A DNA stretch of 64,000 nucleotides, taken from the NCBI GenBank assembly GCA_963727625.1, contig CAVSHR010000005.1, positions 512,001 to 576,000 on the forward strand. Direction: 5' to 3'. The notes beneath the pieces are model-generated. The model was not told the origin of the DNA. It saw nothing but the letters and a program-made list of their open reading frames with translations, and did not search any database. This DNA comes from an uncultured delta proteobacterium (GTDB lineage: Bacteria; Desulfobacterota; Binatia; UBA9968). The position numbers were made by a program, and so were the translations under genes. This document shows positions 1 to 11,035 of the stretch, one piece after another. The number at the start of each line of letters is the position of its first letter. The stretch's first letter is position 1.

Positions 1-165
1 GCCGACTTGGCAAAATCCCTCGGCGGCTGGTCCGAGCGCGTCAAGGAGCCGGGCCAAATCGTCCCGGCGCTCCAGCGCGCGCGCAAAGTCACCGAAGACG
101 GCAAAGCCGCGCTGTTGGAATTCGTGACCAGCCGGGAGATTAATTACTCGCGCATACGCGATTGA
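1..165 (+). CDS. C-terminal fragment of a thiamine-pyrophosphate-dependent enzyme (acetolactate-synthase-like), truncated by window edge
   Basis: Frame 1 reads ADLAKSLGGWSERVKEPGQIVPALQRARKVTEDGKAALLEFVTSREINYSRIRD*, typical of TPP-enzyme C-termini. Confidence 0.6.
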   Translation, partial: ADLAKSLGGWSERVKEPGQIVPALQRARKVTEDGKAALLEFVTSREINYSRIRD

Positions 166-378
166 AATTCTCCGCGCGCCAGCCCGAGTTGTTGGCCTTG
201 GTTTGCCGGCCGAATTCCAACCCTGAGGCTTTGCGATCCGCGCTTAATCGCTGCGCCGACAATGCAAATCTTTGAGATTGTCTGCGCAAACCGCCGCTCC
301 AAATAGTTGAAGATTCGGCCCAAAACAATGGACTGAGCGACATTGAATTAGACTTTTTGAATTGTTAGTCGTCAGAGC

Positions 379-690
379 ATGAGACGACCAATCGTGCTGT
401 CGCTGCTCATGGTGCTGCTGGCGTTTGGCGCAGCGGGCAATCCCGGAGCGCAGCTGCAAGCGATGATCAACCCCGCCGGAGTCGAAGACGTCGCAGTGGA
501 AGAGCGCGACGCGAATGTCTATCCGGCCGCCGAACTCAAGCGATCCCGAGCGCGCCGAGGCGCGGAGGCGTTCGGGCTCGCTGCTTCACCCCGCACGGAC
601 ACGCACGCAGTGCGTTTCTCACTCTTCCGCAATCACTCACACCCCTCCTCGATCTATCCCCAACCATTGTTTCAGGTCTTTCAAATCTAA
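379..690 (+). CDS. Small protein with N-terminal signal peptide; candidate regulatory uORF of terC
   Basis: 103 aa, MRRPIVLSLLMVLLAFGAAG signal-like start; ends 88 bp upstream of terC on the same strand. Confidence 0.5.
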   Translation: MRRPIVLSLLMVLLAFGAAGNPGAQLQAMINPAGVEDVAVEERDANVYPAAELKRSRARRGAEAFGLAASPRTDTHAVRFSLFRNHSHPSSIYPQPLFQVFQI

Positions 691-768
691 CCGTCCCCTT
701 CCTGAGAACAGTTTGCGACGTGCTACGCCCGGCCCCACGGGTAGGCGCGGATTTGGGAATGGGAGGTT
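689..768 (+). promoter_or_regulatory. Predicted RNA hairpin sequestering the terC Shine-Dalgarno
   Basis: AACCgTCCCcTTCCTGA (689-705) can pair with TTGGGAAtGGGAGGTT (753-768), which contains the GGAGG SD. Confidence 0.45.
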
Positions 769-777
769 TCAGAAATT

Positions 778-2046
778 ATGGATTCGGAACGGCTGATTCT
801 TTGGATTGCTTTTAATGTTTTTGTCCTCGGCATGCTCGCCATCGACCTCGGAGTTTTTCACCGCAAGGCGCATTCGGTCTCGATCAAAGAAGCGACGACC
901 TGGAGCATCATCTGGATCTCGTTGGCGATGGTTTTCAATCTCGGCATCTACTTCGCCTGGGGTCAGGAGAAGGCGCTGGAGTTTCTTACCGGCTACGTCA
1001 TCGAAAAATCCTTGAGCGTCGACAATCTCTTCGTCTTCCTGATGATCTTTCAATACTTCAATACGCCCGGCGAATATCAACATCGCGTGCTTTTCTGGGG
1101 CATTCTCGGCGCGCTCGTCTTGCGCGCGATCTTTATCGCTACCGGCACCGCACTGATCAGCAATTTCCACTGGATCATATACGTGTTTGGAGCCTTTTTA
1201 GTTTTCACCGGAATCAAAATGTTTCTTCAAGGCGATGAAAAATTGGAGCCGGGAAAAAATTTCGTGGTCCGTCTGTTCGAACGCTGGGTGCCGATCAGCA
1301 AAGACTATCATGGCCAGCGTTTTTTCGTCCGCCAAACCGGCAAGACCCAAGCCACGCTCCTGACAGTCGTCCTGATCGTTATCGAAACCACCGACGTCAT
1401 CTTCGCCGTGGACTCGATACCGGCCATTTTTGCGATCACCCAGGATTCGTTTATTGTCTACACCTCGAACGTATTCGCGATTCTCGGCCTGCGCGCGCTC
1501 TATTTCATGCTCGCCGGGATCTTGGAGATGTTTATTTATCTCAAAGTCGGACTTTCCGCGGTCCTCTGTTTCGTCGGCGTCAAGATGTTGCTGGTGGATC
1601 TCTACAAAATTCCGATCGGCGCGTCGTTGACGGTCATCGCCGGCGTGTTGGCGTTAACGGTAATCGCGTCTTTAGCGGCCCAACGGGATTGGCGTACAAG
1701 CGTCCGAGCCTCTTTAGATTCGCTTGTGCCGCCCATGCCAACCGCATGGGCCGCAAGCCGGAGCGGAGTTTACACCGGCGCGATCCTTGTGGTTTCGCTA
1801 ATCGCTTTGATTCTGGCCAAATGGCATGCCGTCTCCACCGGCCCTGCGAGTAACGAAGCCATCGCCGTGATCCGTGTCGTGGAGACGGTATTGGAACAGG
1901 CGCGCTATCGACCGGGGAGCGCCGAAAACGTGAATGCCCTCGCCAAGCTTAGAAAGGCGTGGGGTCATTATGGTCAAAAGGAATATCGGTTTGCGATTCG
2001 CGAAGCGCAGGAAGCCGATCAAATGCTTCGCGCGCAGGCGCGCTAG
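778..2046 (+). CDS. terC: TerC/Alx family membrane protein with C-terminal extension
   Basis: EKSLSVDNLF, QHRVLFWGILGALVLR, DVIFAVDSIPA, TSNVFAILGLRALYF motifs. Confidence 0.9.
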   Translation: MDSERLILWIAFNVFVLGMLAIDLGVFHRKAHSVSIKEATTWSIIWISLAMVFNLGIYFAWGQEKALEFLTGYVIEKSLSVDNLFVFLMIFQYFNTPGEYQHRVLFWGILGALVLRAIFIATGTALISNFHWIIYVFGAFLVFTGIKMFLQGDEKLEPGKNFVVRLFERWVPISKDYHGQRFFVRQTGKTQATLLTVVLIVIETTDVIFAVDSIPAIFAITQDSFIVYTSNVFAILGLRALYFMLAGILEMFIYLKVGLSAVLCFVGVKMLLVDLYKIPIGASLTVIAGVLALTVIASLAAQRDWRTSVRASLDSLVPPMPTAWAASRSGVYTGAILVVSLIALILAKWHAVSTGPASNEAIAVIRVVETVLEQARYRPGSAENVNALAKLRKAWGHYGQKEYRFAIREAQEADQMLRAQAR

Positions 2047-2113
2047 ACTGGCGGTAGGCCCTCAAAATCGACGAGAAACGCCAAGGCAATCGACGCCGCA
2101 GCAAAATCTGCGC

Positions 2114-3205
2114 TTATGCGACCACTCCGTTCGCCTTGAGCGCTGCTTGGTAGCGTTTGGCAATTTCCGGGTCTTCGTTTTCGTAGGTGATCATCCAGCC
2201 GCCTTCGTCGACGCTGCGAAACACGTCGTCGTCGGTCTTTTGATGCGAGACTTTAAAGCCGAGCGGGTGAATGCGGCTGCCGTAGCGCACCGCTAAGTGG
2301 CGCGCCGGTTCCTTGCCGGTGTTGAAGTGCTGGTGGAACCAATCTCCCGGCGGGCAATAAATGCTCGCTTCTCCCCACTTGATGTCGATGACCTTGTCTT
2401 CATGTCCGTCCGTGTACGGATGCATGCCCCACTGTTTATGCCATAAAAGCACGTAACCCACCGATTGGGTGCCGACGATGATCGCGCCCGGCCCGTGATG
2501 GTGCGCTTTGTGATACTTGCCCACCGGCCATTCGCCGAGGTGACCGACCAAAGCGTTGCCCGCCATCTCGAACTGCGCCAGGCGCAAACCTGCGCCTTTG
2601 ACTTCGAGGCTCTCCAGCGTCGCCGATTTAATATCGGGGATGAAATTGGTCTCCCAGATGTTAATCAGGCCGCTGACGTAGCGTTTCTTGCCGACTTCGA
2701 AATAGTCGTCTTCGCCGTAGTAACGGTCTTTGAAGCTGTACGGGCAATTGAAGACGAAATTATCGTCGCGATAAATATCGAAGGCGAGCGGCGCGTTGGT
2801 CACCGCCAAAAACCGGACCGGCTCCCGCGAGCCGTTAACCAGACGATGGGTGGTGTTCATCGGTGGCGCAAACAGACTCCACTTGTTCCACTCGAACATT
2901 TTCTTGTTGCCGTGGTCGTCCCACAACTCCGTGGCGCCCTGGCCGTTGAGGATGCAAATCACTTCTTCGTAGAGATGCCGTTCCGGCTTGAGCGCATCGC
3001 CCGGCGGAATCTCGCCGATGTAGCCGCCGGTGATGCCTTGCATGCCGTGCAGATGAATGAATGCCGATTTGCCGCCGGTCCGCGCATCCGGCTTAACTTC
3101 AAGCGCTCGCAAGTCCGCCATGCCGTGGCCGGTGTGAATGGGCAAGCCCTGGCTCTGCATCCAGCGCACGTAACCAGTTTTTTGATTGAGTGGCGCAATA
3201 TCCAT
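2114..3205 (-). CDS. Bicupin domain protein
   Basis: Two cupin motif sets (ERHLYEEVICILNGQG...PPMNTTH; KAHHHGPGA...PPGDWFHQHFN); ATG 3205 follows AAGGAG. Confidence 0.8.
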   Translation of the reverse strand: MDIAPLNQKTGYVRWMQSQGLPIHTGHGMADLRALEVKPDARTGGKSAFIHLHGMQGITGGYIGEIPPGDALKPERHLYEEVICILNGQGATELWDDHGNKKMFEWNKWSLFAPPMNTTHRLVNGSREPVRFLAVTNAPLAFDIYRDDNFVFNCPYSFKDRYYGEDDYFEVGKKRYVSGLINIWETNFIPDIKSATLESLEVKGAGLRLAQFEMAGNALVGHLGEWPVGKYHKAHHHGPGAIIVGTQSVGYVLLWHKQWGMHPYTDGHEDKVIDIKWGEASIYCPPGDWFHQHFNTGKEPARHLAVRYGSRIHPLGFKVSHQKTDDDVFRSVDEGGWMITYENEDPEIAKRYQAALKANGVVA

Positions 3206-3227
3206 GATCGGCTCCTTTGTTGTCGAA

Positions 3228-4277
3228 TCACCAGTGCCAGAACTCGGGGTTGTGTTTAAAAATTCTCTTGGGAACTTTGGCATAGACCAGATTGACGATA
3301 TCGACGGCTTCACCGATGCCGAGATCGACGGCCAAGCTACACAACGCGTATGCATCCGCGGCGCGCATTCCCTTCTCCACTTGTAGGAATTCGACAGCCT
3401 CTTGCAGCGCAATGCGCGTCGCTTCGCTTAAATCCGTGCTTAAACCGGTGGTGAGATAATCCGTCGAGGTTTCGACCCGCGGCTGCTTAAGCGGCTTACC
3501 CTTGTGCACGATGAACTGAAGCGTCGGCTTGAGCGAAATTTCGATCGCGCCGCCGTCGACTTCACCGTCGCCCTGAACTGCATGACCATCGCCGGTAAAA
3601 AACTGCCCCCCTTTGTTGAAGACCGGCAAAAACAGCGACGAACCGATACCGCAAAATTTAAGATCGATATTGCCGCCCCAGGCCCCCGGCGGCGTGGATG
3701 AAACCATGCCCAGGCTGGTCGGCGGCGAAACTGCCATGATGCCCATGAACGGATTGAGCGGAATCTCCACATCGCTGGAGAACAGGGCGACTCGTCGTTC
3801 CAAATCGACGCGAATCAATTTCGCGCTCGGCTCCTTGAGCAGCTTCGGCAGTACCCCCTTGCCGGGACCGGTGTTGTTGACACCGTAGGGCACGCGAAAC
3901 TTGATGTCGAGCACGCGAACTTCCAAGGTGTCGCCGGGCTCGGCGCCATTGACGTAAATGGGGCCGGTGAGAATATGCACGCTCGCGCCCTTGGGCCGTT
4001 TCACTTCGCTATAAACCGTCTTGGCGTCGGCCAAAACTTCACTGTTTGAGATGCCGTAGCCGGCGAAAAATTTTTCCGGATCTTTCGCCGTGGTCAGGCC
4101 TTGATGGGACAGCGCCTCGATTTCGACAACTTGTCCAGACTCAATCGTCAACGCCGGCGGCAGATTGGCCGCGATGTAGCCCCATAGAACCGTCTCGGGC
4201 GTGGAATGCAAAGTCGCGTCGGCATGAATAGGATCGACGAGTCGTTGCGCTTCTGCATCCGGCGGATTTTCAGACAT
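3228..4277 (-). CDS. Acetamidase/formamidase family protein
   Basis: HILTGPIYVNGAEPGD, GGNID, GDGHAVQGDGEV motifs. Confidence 0.9.
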   Translation of the reverse strand: MSENPPDAEAQRLVDPIHADATLHSTPETVLWGYIAANLPPALTIESGQVVEIEALSHQGLTTAKDPEKFFAGYGISNSEVLADAKTVYSEVKRPKGASVHILTGPIYVNGAEPGDTLEVRVLDIKFRVPYGVNNTGPGKGVLPKLLKEPSAKLIRVDLERRVALFSSDVEIPLNPFMGIMAVSPPTSLGMVSSTPPGAWGGNIDLKFCGIGSSLFLPVFNKGGQFFTGDGHAVQGDGEVDGGAIEISLKPTLQFIVHKGKPLKQPRVETSTDYLTTGLSTDLSEATRIALQEAVEFLQVEKGMRAADAYALCSLAVDLGIGEAVDIVNLVYAKVPKRIFKHNPEFWHW

Positions 4278-4447
4278 AGTCGGACCTCGATTTTCAAAAC
4301 CCTATCCGATGCTCCGCGAGCCTGTCAACGCCGGGCGCGCTGGTGGTTTCGGGACAACAGCGATGTGCGGCGCCGATATAAAAAGCAGCGGAACAAGGAT
4401 TGCTTCCGCTGCTCTTGCTTATCGAAATTAAATCAATCGATGTGGGA

Positions 4448-5194
4448 TCAGTCGCGAATCGCCAGCGCTCCGCCGTCCACAGGCAAATCGACGGCATAAA
4501 TGAAATCCGATTCGTCCGAGGCAAGAAACACCGCTGCTTTGGCGATATCCATCGGCACACCGCGCCGGCCGGCGAGATTTTTGACGAAGCGATTCTCAGG
4601 CACGTCCTGCTGTCCCACCGGCGATCCGATGCGGTTGGGCGAGATCGAGTTGACCCGAATCCCTTCCGGAGCCAGCTGCACCGCGATCGAGCGAGTGAGA
4701 TTCAGCACGCCCGCCTTCGCCGTGGTGTACGCGGTGGCCTCCTTGCGCCCCCAGTGACCGGACGTCGACGCGATATTGATGATCTTCCCTTTGCGTTTCT
4801 GGTCGATCATCGCTTTAGCCGCAGCCCGAGTGCAGTACCAAACGCTGCGCAGACACACGTTCATGACTCGATCCCATTCCTCTTCAGTGATGTCGAAAAG
4901 CGTCTTGTGATCAGTCCAGGCGGCGTTGTTCACCAAGATATCCACGCCGCCGAACTGTTTCACCACGGTTTGGACCATGCTGTCGACGGATGACGGCGAT
5001 GAGGCGTCGCAGACCACGGCGATCGCTTTGCCGGGATTTTGCCCGTTGATCTCGGCCGCGACCCGGCTGCCGCGAGCTTCATCCAAGTCTACCACCGCAA
5101 CCTTCGCGCCTTCTTGAACATAGAGTTTACAAATATCTTCGCCGATGTTTCGGCCCGCACCTGTCACGATGGCGACTTGATCCTTCAATCTCAT
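4448..5194 (-). CDS. SDR family oxidoreductase
   Basis: TGAGRNIG, NNA, YTTAK motifs; ATG 5194 follows GGAGG. Confidence 0.9.
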   Translation of the reverse strand: MRLKDQVAIVTGAGRNIGEDICKLYVQEGAKVAVVDLDEARGSRVAAEINGQNPGKAIAVVCDASSPSSVDSMVQTVVKQFGGVDILVNNAAWTDHKTLFDITEEEWDRVMNVCLRSVWYCTRAAAKAMIDQKRKGKIINIASTSGHWGRKEATAYTTAKAGVLNLTRSIAVQLAPEGIRVNSISPNRIGSPVGQQDVPENRFVKNLAGRRGVPMDIAKAAVFLASDESDFIYAVDLPVDGGALAIRD

Positions 5195-5356
5195 AGAATC
5201 CTCCAAGCGTTTATCTTCGGTCAATAGCAAATGCCCCGAGAAACTTCCAGCCGAGTGGGTGATCGCCGCGAAAAGACTCGCTAGCTGGGCCAGGTAATGC
5301 AGGAATCCGGGGGCTCGCCGCCGGACTCGTCAAGCCGAACCCGAAATGCGGTTACC

Positions 5357-6382
5357 TCACAGGCTGACCTTTTCTGTGTAGAGATCTTTCAGGAATTGGC
5401 TGTTTTTGAGCTCGTCGAAAAATTTAGGCTCGATGATATCCGCAGGCTTCAAATTTTTCATGCGCTGGTCAACCGCTGCGCCGACATCCACGAAGGCTTG
5501 AATGGCTTCGTCGTTCAATTCCGGCAGCGGTCGAAGCTGGGCCGAGAATGCCTCATACATCGCGTCGACCCCGATTTCCTGGTTACCGGGGAAATATTTC
5601 TTGAGAATTTCCACACTCTCGCTTCGTTTGGATACAAAATACTGGATTGCAGCGGCATAACCCCTCATAAAACGCCGCACCGTGTCCTCTTCCCTTCTAG
5701 CGAAGGAGCGCGTTGTTATCAGTAAATCGGTCAATATCGGAACGGCTTTCATTTCTATGACCTTGATGCCGAGCTTTTGCGCTTCGGCGGCAACATCCTG
5801 ATTCAACGGCACGCCCTGAACCAGGTTCTTCGTCAACGCCAACGCTCGAGCCGGCGTAAAACCCGCAGCCACCATTTCGACATCTTTGGATGGATCCAAT
5901 CCGGCGCGTCTGAGCATGACCCTGGCAACTAGATCCGAGCGGGCGCCGAGCGCCGACACGCCGACCTTTTTGCCCTTGAGATCCTTCAATGAATTGATCG
6001 CCGCCCCCACACCCATGCCGTATTGATCGAATCTCACATGGGAGCCGATCAAGGCGATATCGCCGCCGAGCGCCACCGGTTGCAGGACCGCGAGCGGGTT
6101 GCCGAAGCCGATCAGCAGGTCGACACCGATCAGCGATTGCACCCCGGCGGAAAGTGTATCGCGAATCGGCAACTCTTCGATATCGACGCCGTTCTTCTTG
6201 AACAGGCCGGCATCGACTCCGATATACGCGACGGCCGTCCCGATCTCCCAGCCGGCGTAGGCAAGCCGCAGCTTGCGAGGACTCTCAGCCGCACCGGCCG
6301 ACACCGCCACAAAGACCAGCGCAACCAGGGCGCAGCCGAACCGGACAACCCGAAGTGGACGGCAAGTCGATAATTTAGTCAT
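5357..6382 (-). CDS. ABC transporter substrate-binding protein, NMT1/SsuA-like (start uncertain)
   Basis: Signal peptide, GLFKKNGVDIE, DLKGKKVGVS, RFMRGYAAAI motifs. Confidence 0.85.
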   Translation of the reverse strand: MTKLSTCRPLRVVRFGCALVALVFVAVSAGAAESPRKLRLAYAGWEIGTAVAYIGVDAGLFKKNGVDIEELPIRDTLSAGVQSLIGVDLLIGFGNPLAVLQPVALGGDIALIGSHVRFDQYGMGVGAAINSLKDLKGKKVGVSALGARSDLVARVMLRRAGLDPSKDVEMVAAGFTPARALALTKNLVQGVPLNQDVAAEAQKLGIKVIEMKAVPILTDLLITTRSFARREEDTVRRFMRGYAAAIQYFVSKRSESVEILKKYFPGNQEIGVDAMYEAFSAQLRPLPELNDEAIQAFVDVGAAVDQRMKNLKPADIIEPKFFDELKNSQFLKDLYTEKVSL

Positions 6383-6683
6383 ACACAGCATCATAGCCCA
6401 CAATGATTTTGACGCAAAGGCCCTTGATAGTGCATCGAAGAGCTTCACAAACCAGGACTTAGCGTGAAAAAAACAATCACGGAAATTACCTTAGGCTCAA
6501 TTGACACTTTAACTCGATATTGGGCCAAATCGCCAGTAGCCGTCGTTATCCACTAGCCCACAGGTCAATATAAATCATAACCTCGATTCAGGATTGAAAA
6601 GTCTTGCAACCAAAAGACGTCGAACTCCACCTCGGTCCGGACGACACCGCGTCGAATCGGAGATTAAGGTTGAGTCAATTCAA

Positions 6684-8579
<1,896 letters not shown>

Positions 8580-8591
8580 TCTTTTCATCCG

Positions 8592-9065
8592 ATGCTCTAT
8601 TCCTGGCTTCATCTCATTGCCTTGATCGTTTACCTTGGCGCGGTCGTGGGCTTTTGGCTGATGCTGCTGCCGTCCGTGGCGGCGATGGAAAAGCACGAGG
8701 ATCAAGCACAGCTGCTTGCCCGTGGCCTCAAGTTTTACAATCCGCTGCAAATTGGCGCCCTCGGGGTGATCCTCTTTACCGGCGCGTTCCAATTAACCGA
8801 GATCAAGGCCGCTTACCGGGAAATGTTCGTCAGACAGTTCGCCTACCATCTTGGCGTAAAGCTCGCCTTTGCCTTTGTGCTGGTAATTTTTAGTGTCTAT
8901 CAGGCTTTGGGCATCGGGCACCGTTTCGTGCGCCGCTACGAGGGTGGGGAGCCTATCACCGCGGATCAGTTGAGTTCGATCATTCACCGCCTGAAAAGCG
9001 TCAACTGGGGCATCCTCATCCTTGCCGCCATTACGCTTTGGTTGGGCATCCGCATGCATGCCTAG
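8592..9065 (+). CDS. Four-TM membrane protein, CopD/DUF4149-like
   Basis: WLHLIALIVYLG start, LGVKLAF motif, four hydrophobic segments; 12 bp after the ferredoxin gene. Confidence 0.6.
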   Translation: MLYSWLHLIALIVYLGAVVGFWLMLLPSVAAMEKHEDQAQLLARGLKFYNPLQIGALGVILFTGAFQLTEIKAAYREMFVRQFAYHLGVKLAFAFVLVIFSVYQALGIGHRFVRRYEGGEPITADQLSSIIHRLKSVNWGILILAAITLWLGIRMHA

Positions 9066-9217
9066 TCTTGTGCCTACGGCTCCGCCCTACCGCGAACCAA
9101 ACTTATAGAGTCAATCCAGGTCGATTGCGCTTCAAAATTGATTTCCCGCTGGCGAATGACTGCCTTCTGGTGATATGTAGCGAGGCAAGTCGCACAAGAA
9201 CGGGAAAGGAAACTGCA

Positions 9218-10153
9218 ATGGCGGATCGTCGGTTACGGATCATTTATCGCTCAAATTCTCACGCGCCGCTGTGGCTGGTGGCCGACAAATCGGGCTCTTG
9301 GCAAAAAAACGGCCTCGATGTCGACACTTCGCCGCAACCGGTTCGCGAAAAGGCAGTCGAGTCGCTAAAGAATGGCCACGTCGACCTGATCTCAGGAAAT
9401 CATCATAATCTTTACGTGCGCAATGCAATGAACGCTGAAGACTTCGTCCACCTCGCACAAGCGACCAATAACTGGACCGAAAATAAGCTCGTCATGACAC
9501 CGGGCATTGGCTCGTTACAAGAACTGCGCGGAAAAAACATTGTCGCTGACAAACTAACTTCTCACGCCGGGCTCAATATCTGGCTGTTTCTCAAACAAGA
9601 AGGTCTCGACGCCGACCGCGGTGACGTCGAGCTAATCGAGTTGCGCGGCTCGTCGGAAGAGCGCTGGAAGCGCGTCGTGGACGGTGAATTCGCCGCTACT
9701 TTCGTCACCATTCCGCACGATAGCCGTGCCGCCAAAGCCGGCGCTAAGGTGATCGCCGTGCGCGCCATACCCATGATTCGCGGTGTGACCCTGACGACAA
9801 CCATGACGTTCGTGCGAAATCATCAAGAGGAAATTCGCCTGCTCACCAAGGGCTTCGTCGACGCGATCCACTTTTTTCGCACCCGCAGACAACCGACTCT
9901 GGAGATTTTAAAGGAGCACGCCGCGCCGATATTGAAACTTCAGTCCGATAAAGAGGTGGAAACGCTTTACGACGAGTGGGCGCAGTCGCTCGAACGCAAG
10001 CCGTACCCGTCGCTGCCGGCGATTTCAAATGTCTTTCAGCTCGCGCTCAGGCGTAACCCGGAAATCGCCGGCTATAACCCTCTCGGATTATGGGATACCC
10101 ATTTCGTCCGCGAATTGGACGATAGCGGTTATATCGACCGGCTCTATCAATAA
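9218..10153 (+). CDS. NMT1/SsuA-like substrate-binding-fold protein without evident signal peptide
   Basis: PLWLVADKSGSWQKNGLDVD, ELRGKNIV, KGFVDAIHFF, DTHFVRELDDSGYIDRLY. Confidence 0.8.
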   Translation: MADRRLRIIYRSNSHAPLWLVADKSGSWQKNGLDVDTSPQPVREKAVESLKNGHVDLISGNHHNLYVRNAMNAEDFVHLAQATNNWTENKLVMTPGIGSLQELRGKNIVADKLTSHAGLNIWLFLKQEGLDADRGDVELIELRGSSEERWKRVVDGEFAATFVTIPHDSRAAKAGAKVIAVRAIPMIRGVTLTTTMTFVRNHQEEIRLLTKGFVDAIHFFRTRRQPTLEILKEHAAPILKLQSDKEVETLYDEWAQSLERKPYPSLPAISNVFQLALRRNPEIAGYNPLGLWDTHFVRELDDSGYIDRLYQ

Positions 10154-10186
10154 AAAAAGGCGGAGCTCGCTGCTCCGCCTTTTTTT
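10152..10186. terminator. Bidirectional intrinsic terminator
   Basis: AAAAAAAGGCGGAGC-tcgct-GCTCCGCCTTTTTTT between convergent genes. Confidence 0.85.
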
Positions 10187-10212
10187 CTCCTCTTACCCGA
10201 TAACGGCGGCTT

Positions 10213-10977
10213 CTACCGCTGGCTGAGCCGATTCGTCGACTGCTCCTGAGATTGCTGAGCCGGGCGCGGCGCAGGTTGCACAGCAGGCACCGCCGCCACC
10301 GTCGGCTCGGACGTAATCCCGTCACGATAAACTAAGATCTCAACGCGGCGGTTCTTCGCGCGACCTTGCGGAGTGCTATTATCATTCACCGGTGAGCTCT
10401 CTCCATAGGAGACCGGAACCACGCGCATCGGATCTAACTTCTTCTGGGTGATTAAATAGCGGCTGACCGCATCGGCTCTTTTCTTGCCCAGTTCATAATT
10501 ATATTCGTCGTTACCGATGTTGTCCGTATGTCCCGCGACCACAAACATTGCGCCATCCCCTGCGTCGCCTTTAAGATCGCTCAGAAAGCCGTCGATCTCA
10601 CGCTGCGCCGAGGCCGGTAAGGCCGCTGAATTGAACGCGAAGTTGGCTCCGTCCTTCATGTCGATCACGATCTTGCGCTCCAGCCGAAGATTAGCGATGG
10701 CGCTCAGGGCGCGTTGCGCTTTGGCATCGACCTCGCCCAATCGCCCTTCGAACTGACCCAGTTTGCCCTCGACGCCGCTCATGCGGCCGCTCAGGCTCCC
10801 GATCTGACCTTCGGCCTTATCGATGCGGCCCTCGGTTTGGGTGACCCGCCCTGATACCGGGTCCACCTGCTCCTTGACCCAGTTACGCGTCGCAAGACAT
10901 CCCTGCGAGACCAATAACGCCCCGACCACGCCCGCGCCAATAAAATAATTGGCCCCGTAAGAACCAATGCCTTTCAT
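10213..10977 (-). CDS. OmpA-family lipoprotein with N-terminal coiled coil
   Basis: Lipobox LVSQGC, heptad region, GHTDNIG...NYELGKKRA...GRAKNRRVEI. Confidence 0.9.
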   Translation of the reverse strand: MKGIGSYGANYFIGAGVVGALLVSQGCLATRNWVKEQVDPVSGRVTQTEGRIDKAEGQIGSLSGRMSGVEGKLGQFEGRLGEVDAKAQRALSAIANLRLERKIVIDMKDGANFAFNSAALPASAQREIDGFLSDLKGDAGDGAMFVVAGHTDNIGNDEYNYELGKKRADAVSRYLITQKKLDPMRVVPVSYGESSPVNDNSTPQGRAKNRRVEILVYRDGITSEPTVAAVPAVQPAPRPAQQSQEQSTNRLSQR

Positions 10978-11035
10978 AAATTCCTCCTTAATTGCAACAC
11001 TAATAATTTTCATGACTGTAAAAATTGCGACAACT

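Noticed and set aside
690-778. yybP-ykoY manganese riboswitch upstream of terC
   Set aside because: The hallmark GGGGAGUAG-type segment is not recognisable; an Rfam scan would settle it
2465-3259. Long antisense ORFs (also 7737-8792, 14210-14980, 21973-22749, 30466-31191, 50232-51338, 54203-55321)
   Set aside because: Shadow frames opposite well-supported genes in GC-rich DNA, with no family motifs
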